A stretch of DNA of 56,285 nt from positions 1-56,285 of IMG/VR virus record IMGVR_UViG_3300010151_000015. One strand, given 5' to 3'. Position 1 is the stretch's first letter, and each line of letters begins with the position of its first letter. Source of the DNA: a virus. Lineage: Duplodnaviria > Caudoviricetes. The translations under genes and the position numbers were made by a program. Below are positions 24,834 to 32,641 of this stretch, piece by piece. The notes beneath the pieces were generated by a model, which saw nothing but the letters and a program-made list of their open reading frames with translations, had not been told where the DNA came from and did not search any database.

Positions 24834-24859
24834 AAACCAACTTAACTAGGAGTTTTATT

Positions 24860-25075
24860 ATGGCAAACCATTACATCACGCTCACCGGAGCGGCCCCAGG
24901 AGATGCTGGGGATGAGGCCAGGACATCGTCCCTGGTAATCACTGGCGGGGAACCTGGGATCAAGGTCCTGGGCGAACTGCCTCACGGCTACATCTTCACT
25001 CCGGCAACGGACGAGGACCGCTACGCGCTTTGCGAGTGGCTGCTGAACCTCGAGTACCCCGAGGAGAAGTCATGA
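24860..25075 (+). CDS. Hypothetical protein
   Basis: 71 aa, TAGGAG RBS directly after ribozyme 4. Confidence 0.7.
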   Translation: MANHYITLTGAAPGDAGDEARTSSLVITGGEPGIKVLGELPHGYIFTPATDEDRYALCEWLLNLEYPEEKS

Positions 25076-25326
25076 ACGTACAGACAGGCATCAGCGGATC
25101 TCAGCCAGGGGTTGGGTCCTTTATCGCCCACACAACGCCGGACGGCCAGGACTGGTGTATCCAGGCGGTCATCAATGATGAGGTCATCGAGAGATGGTGC
25201 AGCACTTGGAGTGCGGCCAACTGCAACGGCCTGACCAAGGTCTACGCCATCCTGAGAGAATTGGGGTTCACCCTGGAAGGATTCCAGACCGCCGAGGTTC
25301 TACCCTTGCGCGTCAATATTGATTAG
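25072..25326 (+). CDS. Hypothetical protein
   Basis: ATG at 25072 overlaps the upstream stop (ATGA) and has a GAGGAG RBS. Confidence 0.65.
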   Translation: MNVQTGISGSQPGVGSFIAHTTPDGQDWCIQAVINDEVIERWCSTWSAANCNGLTKVYAILRELGFTLEGFQTAEVLPLRVNID

Positions 25327-25335
25327 GGAAGACAG

Positions 25336-25351
25336 GGTTTCATGTGAAACC
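25336..25351. promoter_or_regulatory. parS-like palindrome
   Basis: GGTTTCATGTGAAACC matches 13/16 to the parS consensus TGTTTCACGTGAAACA; intergenic. Confidence 0.4.
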
Positions 25352-25388
25352 GAAATATGTGTCATAATAGGGCCAGAGGTACAGGAAT

Positions 25389-25634
25389 ATGGACATGAAA
25401 GTTAGTACAAGTAGAGAATTGGTGAGCAGCCTGGGCGATGATCTGCCAGTCACGATCCTGTTCGACTACCAGCCATACGAGAAACCTACGCTTGAATACC
25501 CAGGCTATCACGAGTCTGTCGTTGTCGAGGCCGTCATGATCAATGAGGTTGATGTGATCGAGCTTCTCAGCAGATGCGCCGTGAAGGGCCTGGAAGAAAA
25601 ATGCCTCACCAGTATCCACGAGGAGGGGCCATAG
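25389..25634 (+). CDS. Hypothetical acidic protein
   Basis: 81 aa (VTILFDYQPYEKPTLEYPGY), last ORF of the + strand unit. Confidence 0.65.
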   Translation: MDMKVSTSRELVSSLGDDLPVTILFDYQPYEKPTLEYPGYHESVVVEAVMINEVDVIELLSRCAVKGLEEKCLTSIHEEGP

Positions 25635-25774
25635 TCGGAAACCCTGCTGGCAGGGGTCCTTTCGGGGAGTAGGCCAGACAGTCCCAGCGGACGGTGGGCT
25701 GCATATGAAAAACATCCGTAGTTGACAAGGTGAGGGTAAATGGTTGTACCCCGCCCCACTGAGGTTAACGAGAA

Positions 25775-25805
25775 GCCTGCCCATCGTGAGATGCGCGGGT
25801 TTTTT
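25775..25805 (+). terminator. Rho-independent terminator of the + strand operon
   Basis: GCCTGC-C-CATC-GTGA-GATG-C-GCGGGT hairpin followed by a T run. Confidence 0.65.
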
Positions 25806-25868
25806 CTTGCCTGGAGAATAATCCGGAAACAAAAAGGCCTATTTCTTTTCCGCTTTTCCTGCTCCAGA

Positions 25869-25975
25869 TGTGATAGGACCGCAGATTGTCAATACCGTCT
25901 GCTTAGCAGAGTGTAGTTTGTGACAAGCCTTGTGACACAAAACAAATGTTGTGACACAAATGAGTGTGTGATAGG
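25869..25975. repeat. Cluster of TGTGA-containing repeats
   Basis: TTGTGACA at 25918, 25930 and 25949 (the last two form the palindrome TTGTG-A-CACAA), bracketed by TGTGATAGG at 25869 and 25967. Confidence 0.65.
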
Positions 25976-26069
25976 CGCGGCAATCGGGGATTTTCAAGGA
26001 TTACAAGCCCAAAGCCCCGCTCTATGCGGCCCCCAGCCAGAATGAATCGAGGGTTATCGAGGATCTATG

Positions 26070-26630
26070 TTATGTCACATCACATAGCTCATGGTACTTC
26101 GCCTTCCAGCAGTCCCGCTCCTTCTCCAGTTCTTCGATAGTCCATTTCCTGGGTGGATGAGCTGACTCGAGATCCTCTACAGCATCCAGGCCTATCTTCC
26201 TGATCAGGCGGATTCTGTACTCGGTCTGGTTGCCGCTCTTGATTGTGTTGCACTGGCTGCATTGTCTGTGACAGTTGTCTGGGTGGAAGCGCAACTCTGG
26301 TGCGGCCCCAACCGACCTGTAGTGGCCAGCATGGAATTGATTCGACGGATTCGAGGTATCGCAGCTAATACACGCCTGGGTGGAAACGCTATCACGTTCT
26401 CGGATGTACTTGTTGAACCAGTAGGCGGTAGATCCTTTGTTGTTGGACCCGAACCACCAGCTTCGCTGCCGCTGGTTGAATTCTGCCTTGGCCTTTCGGG
26501 CATCCTTAGACTTCTGCTTCTTACGGTCCTGAATGACCAGCTCATACGCGCAATCAACATGGCATCTCTGGCCCATGCGCTTCTTCTCAAACTCCTCACC
26601 ACACACCTCACACTTTTTTTTTCTTGGCAT
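26070..26630 (-). CDS. ninG: NinG/Rap-family recombination endonuclease
   Basis: FNKYIRERD, CISC, HAGHYRSVGAAPELRFHPDNCHRQCSQCN, KSGN..EYRIRLIRKIG. Confidence 0.93.
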   Translation of the reverse strand: MPRKKKCEVCGEEFEKKRMGQRCHVDCAYELVIQDRKKQKSKDARKAKAEFNQRQRSWWFGSNNKGSTAYWFNKYIRERDSVSTQACISCDTSNPSNQFHAGHYRSVGAAPELRFHPDNCHRQCSQCNTIKSGNQTEYRIRLIRKIGLDAVEDLESAHPPRKWTIEELEKERDCWKAKYHELCDVT

Positions 26631-27090
26631 CCGCTTCTTCCATCATGCGTGTCTTCCAGTTTGGGTCTGGATCTGGGACCACTAACCCAATCGTCTGGGC
26701 CGTGTGGCGCTGCACAAAATCATAGAACTCGATGAATCTATCTACCGAGATAGGATCTGAATGACCCTCCTCGTCCTTGGTTGTCGTCCTGATGGCCTTC
26801 TTCTTCCGCTGGCCCAGGACAGTATACTCTTCCCAGCCGAAGAACTCGCCACAAAACATCTGATGCAGGTCATCCTGATCGTTCCCTGTCTCGTCATGGA
26901 GGAATTTATAAGCACAACCCCAGAGGGCTTTCCGCTGTTGATTGCTGGCTTCCTTCCTGGGCTTGGTGATCTCCACCATCCAGCCGACATGATCTGGTAG
27001 TGACCTCATCATCAGCACAACGGACCTGATGGCCTGATCGACATCATCCTTGGATCGCTTAGGCTGCAGGATTATCTTCTGGCTTGTCAA
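26608..27090 (-). CDS. NinB/YbcN-like recombination protein
   Basis: SNQQRKALW, TG...DDLH..F, RTT and F.EF.D.V pattern; adjacent to ninG. Confidence 0.7.
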   Translation of the reverse strand: MTSQKIILQPKRSKDDVDQAIRSVVLMMRSLPDHVGWMVEITKPRKEASNQQRKALWGCAYKFLHDETGNDQDDLHQMFCGEFFGWEEYTVLGQRKKKAIRTTTKDEEGHSDPISVDRFIEFYDFVQRHTAQTIGLVVPDPDPNWKTRMMEEADAKKKKV

Positions 27091-27350
27091 AACAGATCCT
27101 TCTGGCTGGCGCTCATCAACCGGAACTTGTCGATAATCGCGTCAATGGTAGGCACAAAAGATTCTGGGTATACCGCGAAACAGTGAGACCCAGGGCCTTT
27201 GGTCTTGCCCCGAAGCTCTTTGTCAGGAAGCTCAGAGTGTTCTAGCACCCAGGCATCCCTCACCATGGCTCCGATTGTCCAGCTCTGGTTGTCGGTTGCT
27301 TGTAGTTGCTTAAACTTGATCCGGTCCATTACCGTGCATCGTCTGCTCAT
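27087..27350 (-). CDS. Hypothetical protein
   Basis: 87 aa, coupled overlaps with neighbours. Confidence 0.6.
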   Translation of the reverse strand: MSRRCTVMDRIKFKQLQATDNQSWTIGAMVRDAWVLEHSELPDKELRGKTKGPGSHCFAVYPESFVPTIDAIIDKFRLMSASQKDLF

Positions 27351-28231
27351 TGTCCTACCACCTCATAGTCTTTGTAAACGCGCCCCTTGCTCGGATCCCC
27401 GCGATTGTGCGCGGCCCTAAATACTTTGGTCTTGCCCTGATTTGGCCCAGACTTGATCTCATGATCGTAGTGAACGTAGTGACCCCTGACTCCATGGTAT
27501 CGGTTCTTCCTGCCAGTAGCTTGGCTCTCACCGGTATACCGGACGCGAGGCTTGTCAGCATGGATACGGACGGTCCTAAAGATATTGGTCACGCCATCAG
27601 CTTCCTGACCCTGATAATCCAGATCATAGAACCGCTCGATCTCTTCAATCGCTCGATCCTTGTGCAGCAGATATTGCATGTATGAAAACCAAGTCAGCAC
27701 ATAATTTTCCATATCCCTAGAAAGCTTATATCCAGACTCAAGCGCCACATCAATTCTCCTTGGGTCTTCATTCCTAGTCAGGATTGCTTTTGGCGCAGCG
27801 AGGTTACACGCATCTTCTCCATCCGCATCCAACCCGCTAAGAAATATGACAACAGATATCCGTCCAGTGCCAATCTGCTCGGCAATAATTGTCACCTCGG
27901 ATGGACCGACAATACTCACCCCTTCGCGATGAGCTGATGTATTCTTATCTTCTGAAATATATACCACCGCCTTATTGGGCAATTTGAATATATCAAATCC
28001 TTCGCCAAGAGATTTCTTGAGAGAATCAAAGTCCCCGTCATAATCAGCGCCTTCAAAATAATATCTTGCCGCCCTTGGTAGAGTGTGCGCCAGGGTTCTC
28101 ATGCCTCGCATGACAGCCTTTTCTCTCTTGGCCGCAGAAGGAGACCGCGACCTTTTCCACGTATTCAAGACCCCTTTCTTGATGGCTTTAAGGACCGCGT
28201 TGTAAGCCTTGATATGCCTATGTAAGCTCAT
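27347..28231 (-). CDS. Hypothetical phage protein
   Basis: 294 aa; C-terminal RYHGVRGHY...HNRGDPSKG.V.KDY motif common in phage hypotheticals. Confidence 0.7.
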   Translation of the reverse strand: MSLHRHIKAYNAVLKAIKKGVLNTWKRSRSPSAAKREKAVMRGMRTLAHTLPRAARYYFEGADYDGDFDSLKKSLGEGFDIFKLPNKAVVYISEDKNTSAHREGVSIVGPSEVTIIAEQIGTGRISVVIFLSGLDADGEDACNLAAPKAILTRNEDPRRIDVALESGYKLSRDMENYVLTWFSYMQYLLHKDRAIEEIERFYDLDYQGQEADGVTNIFRTVRIHADKPRVRYTGESQATGRKNRYHGVRGHYVHYDHEIKSGPNQGKTKVFRAAHNRGDPSKGRVYKDYEVVGQ

Positions 28232-30009
28232 TGTCCTACCACCCTCATCTGGCTGTAGATCTCAGCCTCCTGCAGCTCGTTCTGGGTGTACTGGTTGGCT
28301 CCATCGTGCCACCACAGGGTAGCCTGGAGTTCCCAGGACCCGTTGCGTTGTTTGTCACAGTACAGTATCGCGTCAGGGGCGTTCTTGAGATCCGGCGGCA
28401 TGTCTTCATGCATGGCCTGGGCGCGGCTCTTCTCGGCCTCCTTCTTTTTGTTCCGGAAAATTGTGAGCAGCGTATCGCAGAGATCACTGATGGCCCCAGC
28501 TCCACGGACATCCATCTTTCCTGTCCGCTGGAACTCGTTGTCACCCTTCCGAGAGTGGGTTACCAGAAAGATCGTGACTCCGAACTGGTTCTTGAAATCA
28601 CACAGGGCCTCGACAAACGCTTTTTGACCTGAGTAATCATCATCAGCAATTCCGCATTTTAATAAGCTGTCTACCACGAACACATCTACCCCGTACCGGC
28701 GGTGGGTGTACTCAAAGACCTCCAGCATGCGCTCAGTCTTGGCCACGCCTGTGATGTTGAACAACCAGAGCCGATCCATGTACCAGTCGTGAGCCGTCCG
28801 GATCTGTTGCGGAGTTGGCTCCTTCAGACCGGTAGCCTGACGCGTTAGCCTGTATAGCAATCGCTTAGGAGGCATCTCGCCGCTGAAGATGCAGACCTTC
28901 TTGTCCTGGGTGATGGCCGACAGAGTAAGCTGTCCACAAAGTTGGCTTTTCCCATGTCCGTTAATTCCATTGAGCAAGCAAAGTTCGGCCTCACGAAAGC
29001 GCAGCTTCCCATCCAGCTTAGACCAGGGAGAATTGAACCCAGGCCCAGCGTCCTCTCCCAAGAGGAACATCTCAATGACTTCATCGACATACGAGCTGGC
29101 TTGTCTCAGCTCTGCAGGATCTATGGACTTGGCTGCGTTGACATACGCATCAGCAGTCTGACCAGAGATCACGATGTCATTGGCATCCTCGAACTCCTCG
29201 GTATCGACCAGCAGGCATCTCTCCAGGCCGAGTCTGTTTGCCAGGGCCAACGCCCCCTCTCGTCCTGGGCCGTCAGTGTCGAAAGCGATATAGATTTTGT
29301 CGAACCTCTCAAGTCGTTCATACTCGAACTCAACCCAGCTATGGCCCTGCGCTCCGTTGGGTACGCTCATTGCAGGAAACCCCAGGTCCCACCAACTTAG
29401 GGCATCGATCTCACCCTCGCAGATGATCACTGTCCTGTCCCCTTTCGGTATAGCTTGCCAGCCGAACAGACACGCCTGACTGCCTGATTGCACTCGCATT
29501 TTCTTCTTGTCGAGGATGCTGCGGAATTTGCAGAAAACTAACTCCTCATCGATTAGGCTGGGGAAGACAACCTCGTTCCCGTTGGCCGACACCTGATACT
29601 CGATGACGGATTCAACACTCAGCCCCCTCTCGACAGTGAGCCACTCCATCACTGATCCGGTTGGATAACTGACATCTGGGACCGCTGGTCTAGTCTGTGG
29701 CTTGCTGAATGAGGTGACTACTGGATCTACCACACCCAGGTATCGCTTGGCCTCGGCCATGGCATCGATCATGGACAGGTGATTCACTGCCACCCACAGA
29801 TCCAACAGGTCACCGCCAATGTCTGAAGCGAAGTCAGACCACACTCCTGCCTTGGTTCCAGAGAGGTGGACCTTCAATGACTTCCCTGGTGATGCGTCAA
29901 TACCGCCTACCTCATACTCAGATCCGACGATCTTCCCGCCTGGGAGTAAGTGCCTTGCTACATCGTCAGCCCTCATGGCCAACCCTTGCGCGATCTCTTT
30001 TGCTTTCAT
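28228..30009 (-). CDS. Bifunctional primase-helicase (TOPRIM + SF4 helicase, T7 gp4/Twinkle-like)
   Basis: IICEGEIDALS, SVPNGA and FDTDGPG (TOPRIM); GINGHGKS Walker A, VVDSL, LVTHSRK and DVRGAGAISD. Confidence 0.95.
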   Translation of the reverse strand: MKAKEIAQGLAMRADDVARHLLPGGKIVGSEYEVGGIDASPGKSLKVHLSGTKAGVWSDFASDIGGDLLDLWVAVNHLSMIDAMAEAKRYLGVVDPVVTSFSKPQTRPAVPDVSYPTGSVMEWLTVERGLSVESVIEYQVSANGNEVVFPSLIDEELVFCKFRSILDKKKMRVQSGSQACLFGWQAIPKGDRTVIICEGEIDALSWWDLGFPAMSVPNGAQGHSWVEFEYERLERFDKIYIAFDTDGPGREGALALANRLGLERCLLVDTEEFEDANDIVISGQTADAYVNAAKSIDPAELRQASSYVDEVIEMFLLGEDAGPGFNSPWSKLDGKLRFREAELCLLNGINGHGKSQLCGQLTLSAITQDKKVCIFSGEMPPKRLLYRLTRQATGLKEPTPQQIRTAHDWYMDRLWLFNITGVAKTERMLEVFEYTHRRYGVDVFVVDSLLKCGIADDDYSGQKAFVEALCDFKNQFGVTIFLVTHSRKGDNEFQRTGKMDVRGAGAISDLCDTLLTIFRNKKKEAEKSRAQAMHEDMPPDLKNAPDAILYCDKQRNGSWELQATLWWHDGANQYTQNELQEAEIYSQMRVVGQ

Positions 30010-30707
30010 AGGTCTAGATACTCCGTGCTAACACCCGCTTCAACCCAGGTCTCTTTGAAGTGAAGCCCTGGCCCGAGGAATGTACTCATCTGCATAACGA
30101 ACTCTGTCCCGACAGATCCCTTGGCCGTCAGGAAAGAATTGTACCGAACCAGTCCGGCTGATATTTCTTCAGGGTTATGCTTCTCGGCCATCCTGGCCTT
30201 CCAGGCTGACAACGCTCTGTTCTTTGGATTACTCCCCAATCTTGCAGGCCTCAGTTCCCAGATCTTCTCGAACTCAGGATCGACTTTTTTCTTCTTGGAG
30301 GCGGGAGGTTTTTTAGGTTGAGCCGGAGGCGTAATATCTACCTCTGTCTCTACCTCTGTCTCTACCTCTGGTGCGTCACTTTGTCCTGTAGTGGTTACCA
30401 CATGGTTACCACATGGTAACCGCTTGGTTTCCAAGAAGCCTAAGTCCTTGAATCTATTGACATCAGGGGCATCGTCAAGAAGGCACATTTTCCTGAGAAG
30501 CGCAGGACTGGAGGGAATCGTTCCACCTTTGTCGGCAGCGAGTAACCAGATCGATACCAACTGGCCTTTCTCTGCATCCGACAAAATAGCCCACTCTGGA
30601 TTGCTCATCAGGTTACGATGGACCTTAATCCATGGAGGCGATCCTCTGTCCTTTCGGTAGGTCTGCCAGACATCCCAACTCGTCACACATAAGCATTCCG
30701 TGGTCAC
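30006..30707 (-). CDS. Phage replication initiator protein (lambda O-like architecture)
   Basis: N-terminal PPWIKVHRNLM..EW..LSD.EKGQL; central repeats; C-terminal FEKIWELRP...A..AW...QMSTFL. Confidence 0.75.
   Translation of the reverse strand: MTTECLCVTSWDVWQTYRKDRGSPPWIKVHRNLMSNPEWAILSDAEKGQLVSIWLLAADKGGTIPSSPALLRKMCLLDDAPDVNRFKDLGFLETKRLPCGNHVVTTTGQSDAPEVETEVETEVDITPPAQPKKPPASKKKKVDPEFEKIWELRPARLGSNPKNRALSAWKARMAEKHNPEEISAGLVRYNSFLTAKGSVGTEFVMQMSTFLGPGLHFKETWVEAGVSTEYLDL
30337..30421. repeat. Short direct repeats inside the initiator gene (possible ori iterons)
   Basis: TCTACCTCTG(TC) x3 at 30337-30370; TGGTTACCACA x2 plus TGGTAACC at 30392-30421. Confidence 0.5.
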
Positions 30708-30719
30708 TATTGCGTTCTC

Positions 30720-30977
30720 CTAGTCGATTTCTTTTAACTGCTTCAGCAGGTCCTTCCTTCTGTTATCCTTCGCGGCCAGTTCCCTCTCAGCTTTATCCAG
30801 GGCAACGTGCAGGGTCACACACTTCTTGACCGAGGGATCTTTGATCTGTGCCGACATGACGTAGTGAAACCAGCGAGTTGTGATGCCAGTGGCCTGGGAC
30901 AATGCGGTGTAGGTGATAGGACATTCCTTTAGTCTAAGGATCGTGTCCTCGTAGAGAGTTTCTATCCTCAATTCCAT
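30720..30977 (-). CDS. Cro-like HTH transcriptional regulator
   Basis: YTALSQATGITTRWF...IKDPSV, an XRE-like HTH; first gene of the divergent replication operon. Confidence 0.7.
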   Translation of the reverse strand: MELRIETLYEDTILRLKECPITYTALSQATGITTRWFHYVMSAQIKDPSVKKCVTLHVALDKAERELAAKDNRRKDLLKQLKEID

Positions 30978-31005
30978 AACATACCTCTTCTAATTGATGG
31001 CGGTA

Positions 31006-31034
31006 ATCCTGTCACAATCCTTCATGGATATCAA
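31006..31034 (-). promoter_or_regulatory. Leftward sigma70-like promoter (cro/replication operon)
   Basis: - strand TTGATA-17 bp-CAGGAT with an extended TG; overlaps a TTGTGACA motif. Confidence 0.4.
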
Positions 31035-31068
31035 CATATCTATATGAGATATTCTTCAGAATAAGTGC

Positions 31069-31097
31069 TTGCCTCTACCCTGGCATAAGCGCATAAT
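31069..31097 (+). promoter_or_regulatory. Rightward sigma70-like promoter (recombination operon)
   Basis: TTGCCT-17 bp-CATAAT upstream of erf. Confidence 0.6.
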
Positions 31098-31131
31098 TCG
31101 GTTTTACTTTTCACTTTGAGCAGGAGAACGA

Positions 31132-31965
31132 ATGTCAGACCAAGACACTTTACCCGTCGAAATAACCCAACACCCAGTAGCAGAAGTCAGCGAGAACCCG
31201 ACTCACGCTACGATGCAGATCATTGCACAAGCCAGTGCCAACCCAGCCACAGACACCGAGAAGATGCAGCTCCTGCTGAATATGCGGCGAGATATGGAGC
31301 AGTACGAGTCCGAGAAGGCCTTCTGGAAGGCGTTTCCGGCCATGCAGAACTCTCTGCCCACCATCCCCAAGCGGGGGGTTATGAAGCAAAGTGGGAAGAA
31401 TGGTAACACCTGGGAAATCCCCTTCGCACGTTTTGAGGATGTCATTGAGACGATACGCCCCATCTTGAAGAAGCATGGCTTCGGATTAACCTTCAAGCAC
31501 AAGCAATTAGAGGGGGGTGTTCTACAGACCACGGGTATCCTGAGTCACAAGGGAGGCCACGTTGAGACAGATGAATTCGAGGCTCCCCATGACACATCAG
31601 GGAGCAAGAATGCTACCCAGGCTATCGGCTCGTCCAGGGCGTATGGCAAGCGATACACTACCGGATCTCTCCTGGGTCTAGCGTTTGGCGGAGAGGACGA
31701 TGATGGGTCAGCCTCTTCTCCAATCGATCAGCCCCCAGCACAAAAGCAGACTGTAAGTAAGTCGTCTCCTAGCGATTCACAGCCTGCTGCTGGGGCGTTG
31801 GTCACCGAGGGTCAGGTCAGGATGCTGAGAGCCAAGTGCAGTAAGCACGGGGTTGTAGAGGCAGATCTAGCGAAGGAGGCCGGCGTTAAAGCTATTGCCG
31901 AGATCCCCAGGCCGCAGATCAACACGCTGATTGAGTGGGTAGAGGGGCATCCTACTGATGGGTGA
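31132..31965 (+). CDS. erf: ERF-family single-strand annealing protein
   Basis: FARFEDVIETIRPILKKHGF, TGILSHKGGH, QAIGSSRAYGKRY and EDDDG. Confidence 0.92.
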   Translation: MSDQDTLPVEITQHPVAEVSENPTHATMQIIAQASANPATDTEKMQLLLNMRRDMEQYESEKAFWKAFPAMQNSLPTIPKRGVMKQSGKNGNTWEIPFARFEDVIETIRPILKKHGFGLTFKHKQLEGGVLQTTGILSHKGGHVETDEFEAPHDTSGSKNATQAIGSSRAYGKRYTTGSLLGLAFGGEDDDGSASSPIDQPPAQKQTVSKSSPSDSQPAAGALVTEGQVRMLRAKCSKHGVVEADLAKEAGVKAIAEIPRPQINTLIEWVEGHPTDG

Positions 31966-32296
31966 AGACAAGGGGTGGGACGAGGTTCTGGAAGAGATAG
32001 GAGATCGACTCAACGAAGAGGTCGAGGCAAGATTCCTGCGCCACAGCGTAGTGGCCTGGGAATTATTGATGGGAGACTGGGGAGATATCGAAATTGATCG
32101 CGTTATAAGCCTTATCCAGAAACAGGTAGGGGAATACAGCGGGTCTATCCTTATCATGTATATGTTTGCGCGACTGTGGGAGAAAGGGACTATCACCGCA
32201 GTAACCAGTGAGCTTCACGGTTCACCTGAAGCGCGGAGGCATTGTCACCAATGGCGCGTCCCACTAAGGGGGCGGTCTTCGAAGGACCGGAGGTAG
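31958..32296 (+). CDS. Hypothetical protein
   Basis: 112-aa ORF overlapping the erf stop. Confidence 0.45.
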   Translation: MGEDKGWDEVLEEIGDRLNEEVEARFLRHSVVAWELLMGDWGDIEIDRVISLIQKQVGEYSGSILIMYMFARLWEKGTITAVTSELHGSPEARRHCHQWRVPLRGRSSKDRR

Positions 32297-32300
32297 CGTA

Positions 32301-32558
32301 ATGAGTGAACACGATTTTTGCAGGAATCTGTACGGCCACACGATGGCGGATGTTCGCAAGGCGACCACCGCCGAACAACGTAAGAAATCTTGGGGCTACA
32401 AATTCTCGGGTTCCGTTGAATTCCACGGGCCTGACGACTACTACTGGCATGGGGGCGGATGCTGCCTCTGGTCAGCCAAGGAACAAGGGTGGTATGCCTG
32501 GATGGAATCCAAAGGGATGTATAACGAAGATGGTGAATTCATAGGGAGAAAGGAATGA
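32301..32558 (+). CDS. Hypothetical protein
   Basis: 85 aa with a GGAGG RBS. Confidence 0.65.
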   Translation: MSEHDFCRNLYGHTMADVRKATTAEQRKKSWGYKFSGSVEFHGPDDYYWHGGGCCLWSAKEQGWYAWMESKGMYNEDGEFIGRKE

Positions 32559-32641
32559 AAATCAGAAAGAAACCAGCTGCTTTGTGGACAGAGAAGAGTC
32601 TTACATCAATGTCGATTTCGCGGTAGACAAGAGATTAGAGG

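Noticed and set aside
25362-25832. 156-aa - strand ORF
   Set aside because: Antisense to a plausible + strand gene and its terminator, with no recognisable protein features.
25918-25960. TTGTGACAC repeats as matS sites
   Set aside because: They do not match the GTGACRNYGTCAC consensus beyond one half-site.
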